A stretch of DNA of 64,000 nucleotides from Candidatus Omnitrophota bacterium (GTDB taxonomy: Bacteria; Omnitrophota; Gorgyraeia; Zapsychrales; Zapsychraceae). Within the stretch, counting starts at the first letter, position 1, and each line of letters starts with the position of its first letter. The DNA is taken from positions 12,129 through 76,128 of the forward strand of contig JAJDCB010000024.1 of assembly GCA_029261065.1 (NCBI GenBank). The letters are read 5' to 3'. Below the pieces are notes generated by a model. That model did not search any database. It was given only the letters and a program-made list of their open reading frames with translations, and was not told the DNA's origin. A program made the translations under genes and the position numbers. This document shows, one piece after another, positions 19,972 to 32,102 of this stretch.

Positions 19972-21785
19972 TATTTTAAAATCTCCTTTATTTCATTTTC
20001 AATAGTCTGAGGTGAAATGGGTCTTCCTGTTGCTCGACAAACCATAGGTTCAATATCAACAAGAGTTTTTGAGCGTAAGAACATAGCTAATGGTGTTCGT
20101 TTGTACTCATCACCATAGGCCATTTCAACGGTAACGACTTTTTTGAATTTTGAAAAAATTTCTTTTAACATTAAAGGCAAAGGATACACGACGCGAAAAC
20201 ACATCCCTCCAACCTTTAGGCCTTGATCTTGACAAGAATGAACGGCCTCAGCGATAGACCCACGCGTTGTTCCCCAACCAACCACTAACAATTCGCCTTC
20301 TTCAACTCCTCCAAATAACTCTGGAGCACGTAGGGCTCGTTGGACGTGGTGCACTTTTTCGTTACGAACAGCATGAGAGCGTTGATTGGTTTTAGCAAAA
20401 TAATTAACAGATCCAGATTTGTCGGTATTTAAACCGGTGACACGTCTCATTTGACCAGGTGTGCCTGGATTGGCTTGGATATCGCGAACCATCTCAATAT
20501 TATCAGGAAGCCGGTCCATCCAGAAATGATCAAGGATGTAGTCAGGAATATCATCAACATCTTTTAGTTCGCATGTTTTTGGTTTCTCGATGACTTTATA
20601 ACTATTGGCCATAATAAAATCACTCATAATAAAAACAGGCAACCGTAATTTTTCCGTTAAGTATCTCGCGAAAGCTGGCGCGTAAAAACAATCAAGAACA
20701 TTTCCAACCCCAATGACAATTTTTGTATGATCGCCGTGAGCTCCAAAAATGGCGGCGGTTAAATCGGATTGTTCTGTTTTAGTAGGCATCCCCGTCGATG
20801 GACCGGAACGTTGCACGTCAATAATAATGATGGGGATTTCGGCAACGCCTGCATAACCAATAAATTCTTGTTTTAAGGATAACCCAGGACCTGAGGTCGC
20901 TGTGGCTGCGGGGACGCCTCCAAAATAGGATCCAAGGGCTGTTCCAATGGCTGAGATTTCATCTTCAGCTTGATGAACCATCCCTCCATATGATGGAGAC
21001 ACTTTAGCGAGGGTGTGCATGATAGACGATGCTGGTGTAATGGGATAACCGCTTAAAAGTTTAACACCGGCATCAATGAGACCTAAACTCAATGCGGTAT
21101 TACCATCAATTAAAATACGATCTTTATCATCTGAAGGTTTTCCAGCAATTTCATAAGAGTGTTGAAAATTTGTTGAGGCATGTTCATGGCCGTAATGAAA
21201 AATTTTGATGTTTTTATCATAAACTTCAGGGGCTAAACGTTTACCAAAAATCGCTGTTATTTCATCAATCATAAATTCTTCAGGCACACAATAAATAGCG
21301 CTAAGCATGCCAAGATAATACATATTGCGCCCCTTACCTCCTAAAGCCTTGATGAGCATTTGCGCTTCAGCAGAGAGTTCAAAGGGATAAACGTTAATTC
21401 CATTTTTTGAGGCTCTTTTACAAACCTGTTCATAAGAATCTTCGTTAGACGCTTTGTAGCCCATATCTAATAAAATTTTACAATCTGGACTGTATTCTTC
21501 ATCATCTAAACGGCGGTCAAGGACAATTTCATGTTGGGCAATAATAAGGTCGGTATCATTCCCTATATTTTTAAGGTCGAATTCGGCGGTACGGACAATA
21601 ACACCAGATAGGGCTGGACGGGAACGTGCAGGCGGGCTGATTTCTGCTGGAATCATAGGTTCAATAAAAACATATTTTCCCATGTGGGCAAAAGCGCGAA
21701 TCAAAATATCCCCTGCCTTCTGGGCCCCGAATCCAGCATCCATCAAGAGTTCAAATCTTGAGACCTTCAAATTTTCTTTTGACAT
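19971..21785 (-). CDS. korA: 2-oxoglutarate/2-oxoacid:ferredoxin oxidoreductase alpha subunit
   Basis: 604 aa; OFOR alpha-subunit domain order, with conserved GYPITPAS and TATSGPG motifs. Confidence 0.8.
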   Translation of the reverse strand: MSKENLKVSRFELLMDAGFGAQKAGDILIRAFAHMGKYVFIEPMIPAEISPPARSRPALSGVIVRTAEFDLKNIGNDTDLIIAQHEIVLDRRLDDEEYSPDCKILLDMGYKASNEDSYEQVCKRASKNGINVYPFELSAEAQMLIKALGGKGRNMYYLGMLSAIYCVPEEFMIDEITAIFGKRLAPEVYDKNIKIFHYGHEHASTNFQHSYEIAGKPSDDKDRILIDGNTALSLGLIDAGVKLLSGYPITPASSIMHTLAKVSPSYGGMVHQAEDEISAIGTALGSYFGGVPAATATSGPGLSLKQEFIGYAGVAEIPIIIIDVQRSGPSTGMPTKTEQSDLTAAIFGAHGDHTKIVIGVGNVLDCFYAPAFARYLTEKLRLPVFIMSDFIMANSYKVIEKPKTCELKDVDDIPDYILDHFWMDRLPDNIEMVRDIQANPGTPGQMRRVTGLNTDKSGSVNYFAKTNQRSHAVRNEKVHHVQRALRAPELFGGVEEGELLVVGWGTTRGSIAEAVHSCQDQGLKVGGMCFRVVYPLPLMLKEIFSKFKKVVTVEMAYGDEYKRTPLAMFLRSKTLVDIEPMVCRATGRPISPQTIENEIKEILK

Positions 21786-21964
21786 GATTCCTTTTTAGTA
21801 AAATGTTTTATTAAACCTAATCTTTGTCAATTTTTCAAATAGAATTTAATTTTTTGAAATAAATTTAATATATCATTTGCTTGGCTAATAGCAACGATAT
21901 TCTACTTTATTTTAGTAATCTTTTTTTTATAAAAATTATATATTTTATATAGAAAAAATGAAGT

Positions 21965-23059
21965 TTAGGAGAGTGTGGGTCTTAAATCTTTAAGATCTTT
22001 CATGGAGAGCTCTGAGGGATTTTTTTCTGTTGCAGGGTAGTTGATTTTTGATGCAGCATCAATAAGTTGATTTAAATCTTGTGACGATTCAATATCAAAA
22101 CCAGCTTCTTTGATCATGCGAAGTGTTTTTAAGGTGTGCGATCCTTTTGTATTTAGATAACCATCAAGGAATAATGAGTTAGCTGGATACAAAGATAATA
22201 CCTCTAAATCTTTTAAGTGATATTCTCGACCAGCAGCAACACGAATTTCAGCTTTAGGATTTAAGAAACGAAATAAAGATAAGACTCGTAAACAAAAATC
22301 TGGAGTTAAAGGAGTTTGTTTTTTTATCGTGTTACCTTCAATGGGAATAAAAAAGTTTACAGGAATGGATGCCACTTGCATTTCATTTAACGTGTAGGCA
22401 ACATCGATAATGTCTTTAAGCGATTCATTCATGCCAACGATAATTCCCGAACATAAAGATATACCTTCTGTGCGAGCGGCTTTTAAAGTATTTAAACGAT
22501 CTTCGTAAGTGTGCGTTGTACAAATTTCAGGGTAATGTTTTTCAGAAGTATTTAAATTATGATTAAGCCGATCAAGCCCCGCTTCTTTTAACACCTTTGC
22601 TTTCATCTGATCTATTAGTCCTGCTGAGACACAAATTTCAAGTGGATATTGCGATTTTATTTTTTGAATTAATTGCGCCAGATGTTCAACGCGTTTCATC
22701 GAAGGCCCTCTTCCTCCAAAAACCATACAATAACGATGCGCCCCTTTTTCATATGCATTTTTAGCCTCAGCCAATATTTCTGATTCACTCTTTATAGGGT
22801 ACTCTTCAATTTTTGAATCGGACGTTTTCGCCTGGGCACAATAGTGGCAATCTTCGGGACAAAAGCCATTTTGGGCATTATTAATGATATGAATAGTGAC
22901 CGTTTTGCCACAATATTTTTTCCTAACATCATATGCTGCATGGATTAATGATAATAGTTCAATGTCCTTTGATTGCAAAATGTCAAGGGCTAGGCTTTTC
23001 TCAATGGTTTGAGAGTTTATCGCTTTATCAGTAAGATCTGTGTAATAGGATCGATTCAT
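21965..23059 (-). CDS. bioB: Biotin synthase (radical SAM)
   Basis: 364 aa; GFCPEDCHYCAQ radical-SAM/BioB cysteine motif, YCMVFGGRGP, NHNLNTS, CSGIIVG and AGRE, all colinear with E. coli BioB. Confidence 0.8.
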   Translation of the reverse strand: MNRSYYTDLTDKAINSQTIEKSLALDILQSKDIELLSLIHAAYDVRKKYCGKTVTIHIINNAQNGFCPEDCHYCAQAKTSDSKIEEYPIKSESEILAEAKNAYEKGAHRYCMVFGGRGPSMKRVEHLAQLIQKIKSQYPLEICVSAGLIDQMKAKVLKEAGLDRLNHNLNTSEKHYPEICTTHTYEDRLNTLKAARTEGISLCSGIIVGMNESLKDIIDVAYTLNEMQVASIPVNFFIPIEGNTIKKQTPLTPDFCLRVLSLFRFLNPKAEIRVAAGREYHLKDLEVLSLYPANSLFLDGYLNTKGSHTLKTLRMIKEAGFDIESSQDLNQLIDAASKINYPATEKNPSELSMKDLKDLRPTLS

Positions 23060-23242
23060 AATAAGTCCATTATTTGCTATTATTTAGGTGTTTTTTCTAC
23101 GGCCCGTCTAGGGTTGTCTCTCCGTAAAATGTATGCTATTCTATTATAAATAAGCTTGTTTTGCAAACTCTTCTAGAAAAAAACAAATTCCAAAGTTTAT
23201 GAAAAATATCTTGAATTCTTAAAGCAGCGCTTTAATATATAT

Positions 23243-25117
23243 TTGAGATATAAATTTAAAGAGAATATTATTATGGTTGTCAAAATTCACTCCTTTCATA
23301 TCCCTGTTATGGGTTCGGCTTTCTCTATTGATACGCCGATCAAGGTAGCTCAATACGGTATATCCTCTGTTATTTCTTTAGTGGATGATGCTCTTATTGA
23401 ACAAATGCGCCAACATTATGCCAAAATGGTCGGTGAAGAGTATACGCCCATTACGAAATATGATGAAGATTTTCGAGCGCAACGCATTAAAGAATATCTG
23501 AATCTAGTTCATCGCATCGTTAAACAAAAGTTTGAAAAAGTCAAAAATTCTTCCTTTGAAACGGGTAGCGAAATTGTTAAATATTTTGAATCTCTGCCTG
23601 AAAATTCTATTCTTAAAGCACAATATTTAAAAATGTTAGACGTAACTGATCCAAAATTGAAAGCGGTCTTACAAGAAAGACTTCGTAACGAAATGCAGCC
23701 AGGTAGTATTGATGTTAATATTATGACAAAACTGGATAAAACGAATTATGCAAAGGATCGAACAGAACTTCCTTCTGAGTATTCAGATGCCCTTGCGGCT
23801 CTTCGCGGTTATGCGGAAAGTTCTCTGGATTCGGCGATAGTTTTCTCCGCGGGTATTAACCGTCGTCTTTATAGTTATGTTGAAAAATTTAAAGATTTTT
23901 ATGCCGATGCCACAGGTCATATCAAGAAAAAAATTATATTAAAGGTAAGTGATTATCGGTCCTCTTATATTCAAGGTCGATTTTTCGCTAAAAAGGGTTT
24001 GTGGGTCTCTGAATACCGTATTGAATCAGGTCTTAATTGTGGAGGCCATGCCTTCGCCTCTGATGGTTATCTTATGGGGCCGATGTTAGATGAATTTAGA
24101 CGACGCAAAGACGAATTATGTACAACTCTTTACAAAATTTATAATGATGCTTTAAAAGCTAAGAATAAAGACACTTTTGATCAACCTCATGCTTTAAAGG
24201 TTACGGCTCAGGGTGGTATTGGGACGGCCAAAGAAAATAACTTCTTAATGAATTATTTTCAAATTGATGGTACAGGCTGGGCGACACCCTTTTTACTTGT
24301 TCCTGAGGTTACTAATGTCGATGGGCCGACACTTGAAAAATTATCCGAAGCCACTCAAAAAGAATTGTATTTAAGTGATGTCTCCCCTTTAGGAGTGCCT
24401 TTTAATAACATAAAAGGAAGTTTTAGTGATACCGAAAAAGAACGTAAAGCTACGACAGACAAGCCTGGTAGTCCTTGTCCAAAAGGGCATTTGATTTCTA
24501 ATACAGAGTTTACAAAAATACCTATCTGTACGGCTTCAAGGCAATATCAGAAACTAAAATTTGATCAACTCAAAGCCATGAATTTATCAAAGGCTGCTTT
24601 TGATGAGAAATATACGCAGATGACAAAAAAGGCCTGTATTTGTAATGACTTGGGTGAGGCGGCTTTAATCAAAAACGATATTGATCAAAAACCAAATATC
24701 AAACGGTTTTCAGCAATATGCCCTGGTCCAAATTTAGCTTATTTTACGAAAGTGACTTCTTTTAGTGAGATGGTGAGTCATATCTATGGTCGAATGAATC
24801 TATTGAATAATACCTATCGACCCAATATGTTTATTAATGAATTAAAGATGTATATCGATTATTTTAAAAAGGAAGTTCAAAAAATAGCTATTGAGCCAAC
24901 AGAAAAACAAGTTAAGTATTTAAATGAATTTAAAATAAATATGTTAGAGGGTATTGATTTTTATAAAGAGTTTTTTCCAAGGATGGTAGAGGAAACTCAA
25001 GACTATCGTAATCGGGCGTTAACAGAACTGAACAGCTATAAAAAGAAACTAGAAGAGTTTCTTTCCGAACACTCCAACATCTTCTCAAACTCTCTTCCAC
25101 CGATGCTCGTTGTGTAA
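23243..25117 (+). CDS. Large hypothetical protein with a divergent NMO/FabK-like FMN TIM-barrel N-terminal half plus a unique C-terminal ~250 aa
   Basis: 624 aa. PVMGSAFS...AQYGISSVISL (cf. PIIQAPMAGVS...AVSNAGGLG), NCGGHAF (cf. EAGGH) and TAQGGIGT...TGWATPFLLVPE (cf. AAGGI...MGTRFL..ES) are colinear with nitronate monooxygenase / enoyl-ACP reductase FabK family motifs. Divergently transcribed from bioB. Possible alternative start at 23273. Confidence 0.4.
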   Translation: MRYKFKENIIMVVKIHSFHIPVMGSAFSIDTPIKVAQYGISSVISLVDDALIEQMRQHYAKMVGEEYTPITKYDEDFRAQRIKEYLNLVHRIVKQKFEKVKNSSFETGSEIVKYFESLPENSILKAQYLKMLDVTDPKLKAVLQERLRNEMQPGSIDVNIMTKLDKTNYAKDRTELPSEYSDALAALRGYAESSLDSAIVFSAGINRRLYSYVEKFKDFYADATGHIKKKIILKVSDYRSSYIQGRFFAKKGLWVSEYRIESGLNCGGHAFASDGYLMGPMLDEFRRRKDELCTTLYKIYNDALKAKNKDTFDQPHALKVTAQGGIGTAKENNFLMNYFQIDGTGWATPFLLVPEVTNVDGPTLEKLSEATQKELYLSDVSPLGVPFNNIKGSFSDTEKERKATTDKPGSPCPKGHLISNTEFTKIPICTASRQYQKLKFDQLKAMNLSKAAFDEKYTQMTKKACICNDLGEAALIKNDIDQKPNIKRFSAICPGPNLAYFTKVTSFSEMVSHIYGRMNLLNNTYRPNMFINELKMYIDYFKKEVQKIAIEPTEKQVKYLNEFKINMLEGIDFYKEFFPRMVEETQDYRNRALTELNSYKKKLEEFLSEHSNIFSNSLPPMLVV

Positions 25118-25130
25118 TTCCATTCAAACG

Positions 25131-26957
<1,827 letters not shown>

Positions 26958-27001
26958 TCATTATAAGGGTAATAAGGTGATACATCAAGTGATTGGAAAA
27001 C

Positions 27002-27880
27002 TTAAAGTTTCTTATGAAGTGCATTTTCTAATATCGGGGTTGATTGAATGTGTAGATCTCTTTGTGGAAATGGAATGGTAATCTTCTCGTCTCTGAAGGC
27101 ATCATCTATTTTGTAATTCATATCACTACGAATTGAATCTTGCTTTTTAGGGTCTCGAATCCAAAAGAGCAGTTCAAAATTAAGTGAAGAATCCCCAAAT
27201 TCTTCAAATCGAACATCAGGAGCTGGCGTTTTTAACACATTGGGGTGCCCCTGGGCCACCTTTAATAATGACTGTTTAACTTTTGGGATATCAGATCCAT
27301 AGGCAACGCCTACTGGACAATGGATTCGAATTTTCTGATCTTCAATAGACCAATTTGTGACTTGATTTTCAATTAACTGAGAATTAGGAACAATGATGGC
27401 AACATTATCAAGGGTCATCACAATCGTTGATCTCATTTTTACATGAATGACGGTACCAATTTGTCCGCCTACATCAATAAAATCTCCTACAGAAATAGGT
27501 CTTTCAATCAGTAATATTAATCCTGAGATAAAATTGGATGTTATATTCTGTAGACCAAATCCAATCCCAACACTTAAAAACCCAAATATAAAAGCTAAAC
27601 TTCCTAAATTAAGTCCTATCGCTTGAACGGCGATCATGACAGCTGTTACCAAAATACCATAATGAATAAAGCGTTGAATAGCATAGCTCATGCCCTTATC
27701 CAGCTTGAACCTATTATCCATTTGGATGCCGACAGCTTTTTGAACAATTTTGGAAATAAAGATAGCAAAAATTACAATAAAACAAGATGTAATTATGCCA
27801 CTGACAGTGACAGGAGATTCACCAATGTGGATAAACGGCGTATTGATCCAATCGATGACACTTTGAAAGGTGATATCCAT
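27002..27880 (-). CDS. Small-conductance mechanosensitive channel (MscS family)
   Basis: 292 aa; three N-terminal TM helices and an MscS beta/alpha-beta cytoplasmic domain (GDFIDVGGQIGTVIHVKMRSTIV). Confidence 0.85.
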   Translation of the reverse strand: MDITFQSVIDWINTPFIHIGESPVTVSGIITSCFIVIFAIFISKIVQKAVGIQMDNRFKLDKGMSYAIQRFIHYGILVTAVMIAVQAIGLNLGSLAFIFGFLSVGIGFGLQNITSNFISGLILLIERPISVGDFIDVGGQIGTVIHVKMRSTIVMTLDNVAIIVPNSQLIENQVTNWSIEDQKIRIHCPVGVAYGSDIPKVKQSLLKVAQGHPNVLKTPAPDVRFEEFGDSSLNFELLFWIRDPKKQDSIRSDMNYKIDDAFRDEKITIPFPQRDLHIQSTPILENALHKKL

Positions 27881-27905
27881 AATAAATGGGCGAGGTGTTT
27901 TTTAA

Positions 27906-28289
27906 TTAACTAAAAGATGTTCCGCATCCACAGCTATTTTGTGCATTTGGATTTTTGTACTGAAAGCCACTTGCTTTTAAGGTATCCAGATAATCGATTT
28001 TTAGTCCTTTTAAAAAAGCAATGCTTTCGGGATTTACTAAGATTTTAATATCAGTATGTTCAATGATAATATCATTATCATAAGGTTTTTTCTGGAATCG
28101 TAAATCATAAGATAATCCAGCACAGCCGCCCGTAACAACAGCCACCCTAAGCGAATAGCCCACCTTATCTTCTTTGGCCATCATAGATTTAATCTTCGCC
28201 ACAGCGGAATCTGTTAAGACAATATTTGGATTTTCTACTTGATTTTTATTTTCTTGTTTTTCTTCTGACATAGTTAAAATATAACACAC
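27906..28289 (-). CDS. Fe-S cluster insertion protein (HesB/IscA/ErpA family, A-type carrier)
   Basis: 127 aa; C-terminal SCGCGTSF motif and an earlier conserved Cys (GGCAG). Confidence 0.85.
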   Translation of the reverse strand: MCYILTMSEEKQENKNQVENPNIVLTDSAVAKIKSMMAKEDKVGYSLRVAVVTGGCAGLSYDLRFQKKPYDNDIIIEHTDIKILVNPESIAFLKGLKIDYLDTLKASGFQYKNPNAQNSCGCGTSFS

Positions 28290-28342
28290 CCTATAAATAA
28301 GTCAATTATAAACTTATTTATAGTATTTTCTTAATTTTTTTT

Positions 28343-29770
28343 CTAACGCAAATTAACAGTTTGACCATCCGCAATACTTCCAACAACAAAAGGACCAAAG
28401 TTTAATCTTGCGGATTGGCCGTCTGCTGTGACATCAATGCTAATATCAAAACTCGTGCCATTAGCTGTTCCGGCAGGTATATCTAGATCCATATCTGAAG
28501 CGTTATCGGTTTGTGTGGTTCCTCCTGGTGGGGCATTGCTAAGAGTTGCATCTGTATTATGCGTAAAACTCCAGCCATTGGATACCTGCGCATTGCTATA
28601 GCTTATACCCGTGGAGGTGACTGTTCCTAAATTTACTAAAAGAAAATCGATCTCAAAACCATCCCCTGCTTGTACGAAACCATCACCATTGACATCCAGA
28701 CAACCAGAACAATTCACCCCTGGAAAACGTGTGGCGAGTTGAATATTAGTTAAGTTGCCTAAAACATTTTTACTATCTGAACTTTTCTCAACAACAATAT
28801 TAAAATTTCTTTCAACACGATCCAATAAGAGATCTTTTAAATCAATTTTTGGATAAGCTGTTTTTGAAAATTTGATCTCTTCGAGAATATCAGCAGGTTT
28901 CAAACTATTAATAGCAAATTTAAATCGCGCATCAACGCGATAATTCGTTTCTGCTAATTCATTATTAAAGGCTTGAAGGTTGATTGTAAATATATCTTTG
29001 GCTGATATTTCGGCTCGATGTGTCCAAGTTCTTAAATCCTCTGAATTTTTAAAATAATATCGTGTAAACCCTTCATATAATTTCAACCATGGTGCGTAAG
29101 GAACCCTCCCCCCAAGCTCAAGATCGAAACCATCAGCAGCCTCTTCATAGAAATTATTAAAAAACGTTTTTTTAACTAACTTTCTTCCAGAGTGGGCATT
29201 ATAAAGATTAAGGCGTCCTTCAATATTGTCACTTAACACCTCAAATCCAAGGCCTGTACGATAATGTATATTTAGGGATTGATAGTCAAAAAATCCATTA
29301 ATACCAAGGATCCATTCTTCATCCATGACAAGTCGTCGATAGCCAAGACCAACACTTCCCTTAAACTCACCATCGCCCTCACTAGAAACACGATCATGTG
29401 TAAATACGGTATGCCTTTTGTCAGTTGACTGATATATCGGCAGGACGGTTTCTATATAGTATTGCGGATGAGGGTTCACGGTATCATCATAGATAAGACC
29501 AAAATCGACATGCTTGAGAATTAAATCCAACCACTCTTCAGGATCGTCTGGTCTATATTTTTGTGTTGTATCCTCTTCATCGACATAGATCGGCTCTAAT
29601 TCTAAATATAACTGCTTGGCTTCATATTTTTCTATTTCATCAAGCTCATTGTTTATGATGTTATGACGTCGTTTTTGATATCTTTGATTGAATTCCGCTG
29701 AAGAGAAGGAATATTCGAAGAGAAATATACTAAAGATGATAATAATAGCGCAGTTTAATTTAGTTTGCAT
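28343..29770 (-). CDS. Inverse autotransporter-like outer-membrane protein (intimin/invasin-type beta-barrel with short C-terminal Ig-like passenger)
   Basis: 475 aa; signal peptide. Central region LGINGFFDYQSLNIHYRTGLGFEVL...RLNLYNAHSG...GFDLELGGRVPYAPWLKLYEGFTRYYF resembles the intimin/invasin beta-domain. Gly/Thr/Asp-rich C-terminus. Confidence 0.5.
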   Translation of the reverse strand: MQTKLNCAIIIIFSIFLFEYSFSSAEFNQRYQKRRHNIINNELDEIEKYEAKQLYLELEPIYVDEEDTTQKYRPDDPEEWLDLILKHVDFGLIYDDTVNPHPQYYIETVLPIYQSTDKRHTVFTHDRVSSEGDGEFKGSVGLGYRRLVMDEEWILGINGFFDYQSLNIHYRTGLGFEVLSDNIEGRLNLYNAHSGRKLVKKTFFNNFYEEAADGFDLELGGRVPYAPWLKLYEGFTRYYFKNSEDLRTWTHRAEISAKDIFTINLQAFNNELAETNYRVDARFKFAINSLKPADILEEIKFSKTAYPKIDLKDLLLDRVERNFNIVVEKSSDSKNVLGNLTNIQLATRFPGVNCSGCLDVNGDGFVQAGDGFEIDFLLVNLGTVTSTGISYSNAQVSNGWSFTHNTDATLSNAPPGGTTQTDNASDMDLDIPAGTANGTSFDISIDVTADGQSARLNFGPFVVGSIADGQTVNLR

Positions 29771-29863
29771 TGATTTAAATATATGGGAATGGCAGGCTCA
29801 ATACAAACATTATTTCGGATATTTATATATTAGGGAAAGAAAGAATCATAAGAATAAATGACG

Positions 29864-30991
29864 TTATCCTTTTGATATCGAGTTTTTTGCCTTCTCTCGG
29901 CCATAAGAAGTCAACATCAACTTATCACCCTGCTTTTTGATTAAACCTTCTTGAATGCTTTGGGCAATAACTTCTGAAGTATATTGTTTGGACCAGGACA
30001 TATGATCCTCCATATGACCAGTGATAAGTTCGGTGGCTTCAGCATGGGACCACTCGGCTTGTAATAAATGGACAGAGAGCGTTGATGCGCCAAAATCCCA
30101 ACGTGTCCATTTTTTTACAATGAATTTGGCTAATAAGCCATTTTCAGGAGCAAAGATGAGAATGATGAAAAATATAACACCAGAAACAGTTGCCATAGAA
30201 CCAGCAATGTTTGCATCAAATATTTGTGCTGTAAAGTAACCTCCGATGGCAGAAATAACTCCTAAGCCTGCACTAATAAAAAGCATGTGTGAAAGGCGGT
30301 TCGTTAAAAGATAGGCTGATGAGGGTGGTACGATCATTAAAGCAACAACAAGAATGGAGCCTACGGATTCAAAGGCACCAACAGCCGTAATGCTAACTAA
30401 CGTCATTAATCCATAATGAATGACAGCAGGAAATAAACCAAGCGATGCTGCTAAGCCAACATCAAAAGTAGCAATCTTTAATTCTTTGTAGAAGAGTGAA
30501 ATAAAAATTATGTTAAGGGCCAATATTCCAGCCATAATCCACATACTTTGTGGGCCAATATCAACGCCTCCAACAATAAGTCGGTTAAACGGGGTGAATG
30601 CTATTTCACCAAATAAAACACAATCCGCATCAATATGGACGGTGTTCGCAAATTGATTAATCAGAATGACACCAATGGAAAACAATAAGGGAAACACAAT
30701 TCCAATCGCTGCATCCTTTTTTAGTTTACGTGTTTTTATAATAAGTTCTGTGAGTGTTACGGTTAACAATCCTGTTATGGTCGCGCCTACAATGAGTAAA
30801 GGTGAAGATAGGTTTTTTGTTACAAAAAAAGCAAGTACAATACCTAACAAAATGGCATGGCTAATGGCATCGCTCATTAATGCAACGCGCCTGAGCACAA
30901 GAAACACGCCAGGCAACGCGCAGGCGACTGCCGTTAAACTTGCTAAAATCATGATTTCAACTTGTGGACTGATCATATATTTTATCCTCAA
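29864..30991 (-). CDS. Metal (Mn/Zn/Fe) ABC transporter permease, ABC-3 family, with ~90-aa C-terminal cytoplasmic winged-helix-like extension (YtgD-like position)
   Basis: 375 aa; about 8 TM segments typical of ZnuB/MntD/TroD. Hydrophilic tail with ...GLIKKQGDKLMLTSYGREKA. Confidence 0.8.
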   Translation of the reverse strand: MRIKYMISPQVEIMILASLTAVACALPGVFLVLRRVALMSDAISHAILLGIVLAFFVTKNLSSPLLIVGATITGLLTVTLTELIIKTRKLKKDAAIGIVFPLLFSIGVILINQFANTVHIDADCVLFGEIAFTPFNRLIVGGVDIGPQSMWIMAGILALNIIFISLFYKELKIATFDVGLAASLGLFPAVIHYGLMTLVSITAVGAFESVGSILVVALMIVPPSSAYLLTNRLSHMLFISAGLGVISAIGGYFTAQIFDANIAGSMATVSGVIFFIILIFAPENGLLAKFIVKKWTRWDFGASTLSVHLLQAEWSHAEATELITGHMEDHMSWSKQYTSEVIAQSIQEGLIKKQGDKLMLTSYGREKAKNSISKG

Positions 30992-32102
30992 ATTCTCGTG
31001 TAAGTCTTTTGGCCATACGTAATCCTTCAGGTGTTAAAGCCCAACGCCTATCTGCAAATTGCTGAGCCATCCCCTTTTTTGAAAGTTCCATCATTGTTTT
31101 ATTGATGGCCCCCCTTCCTATCGCATCAAGTGCTGCAATATCGTGCGGATGAAAAGGGTCTGTATTAATTTCAGAAAATAACATTAAATTCTTTAACATT
31201 GATGTGAGACGGATATTTTTTCGATGTTTCTGCATGCGGACATAATCCGATAAGATACCTCTGTTGGGTGCTAGAAATAATGAAAACATAACAATAAGGC
31301 TAACAAAAACTACAATAGTTGGTCCTGTTGGTAAATTAGGAATAAGGCTGCTGGTGAGAGCGCCTGCCATTCCTGAAAGAGCTCCAAATGTTGCCGATAA
31401 TAACACCATGATACTTAATTTGTCTGTCCATTGGCGGGCGGCAGCAGCGGGAGCCACAAGCATAGCACTCATTAAGACAACACCAACCGTTTGTAATCCA
31501 ATCACAATGGTAACAACAATAAGCGTTGTCAGAATAATGTCTAACCAATTGATCCGATAGCCAATACTTTGAGCAAAATCTTTATCAAAAACAATAATTT
31601 TAAATTCTTTCCATAATAAAAAAAGCACGACAAAAACTATCGCGCTTAGAATCATCATCGTGTGTAAATCTTCTTTTAATAGGGTTGCGGCATTGCCAAA
31701 TAAAAATTTATCTAACCCCGCCTTAGAAGCAGAAGGTAGCCGTTGAATCATGGTCAGTAACATCAAACCAAATCCAAAAAATACAGACAGAATGATGCCT
31801 AGTGCAGCATCTTTTTTGATGCGTGAGTGATGAGTGATGAGCATGACTAAAAGTGTACCAATCCAACCAGCAATTCCTGCTCCAATGAGTAATATTAAAG
31901 GGGCTTTGCTTTGCGTTATGATAAAGGCTAAACATACGCCTGGTAATGTGGCGTGGCTTATCGCATCACCTAGTAAACTTTGTTTACGTAATACGGCAAA
32001 GGCGCCTAAGCTTCCAGCGGAGATTCCAATTGTGAGGGATCCTAATAAAACAACTTGTAAGGTGTAATCACTAAATATTTGATGTATGAAGGAAAAATTC
32101 AC
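30957..32102 (-). CDS. Metal ABC transporter permease, ABC-3 family, fused to a C-terminal DtxR-like winged-helix domain (YtgC-YtgR-like architecture)
   Basis: 381 aa; ABC-3 permease core followed by ...DAIGRGAINKTMMELSKKGMAQQFADRRWALTPEGLRMAKRLTREFE, which resembles the DtxR/MntR N-terminal DNA-binding domain. Confidence 0.75.
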   Translation of the reverse strand: MNFSFIHQIFSDYTLQVVLLGSLTIGISAGSLGAFAVLRKQSLLGDAISHATLPGVCLAFIITQSKAPLILLIGAGIAGWIGTLLVMLITHHSRIKKDAALGIILSVFFGFGLMLLTMIQRLPSASKAGLDKFLFGNAATLLKEDLHTMMILSAIVFVVLFLLWKEFKIIVFDKDFAQSIGYRINWLDIILTTLIVVTIVIGLQTVGVVLMSAMLVAPAAAARQWTDKLSIMVLLSATFGALSGMAGALTSSLIPNLPTGPTIVVFVSLIVMFSLFLAPNRGILSDYVRMQKHRKNIRLTSMLKNLMLFSEINTDPFHPHDIAALDAIGRGAINKTMMELSKKGMAQQFADRRWALTPEGLRMAKRLTREFEDKIYDQSTS

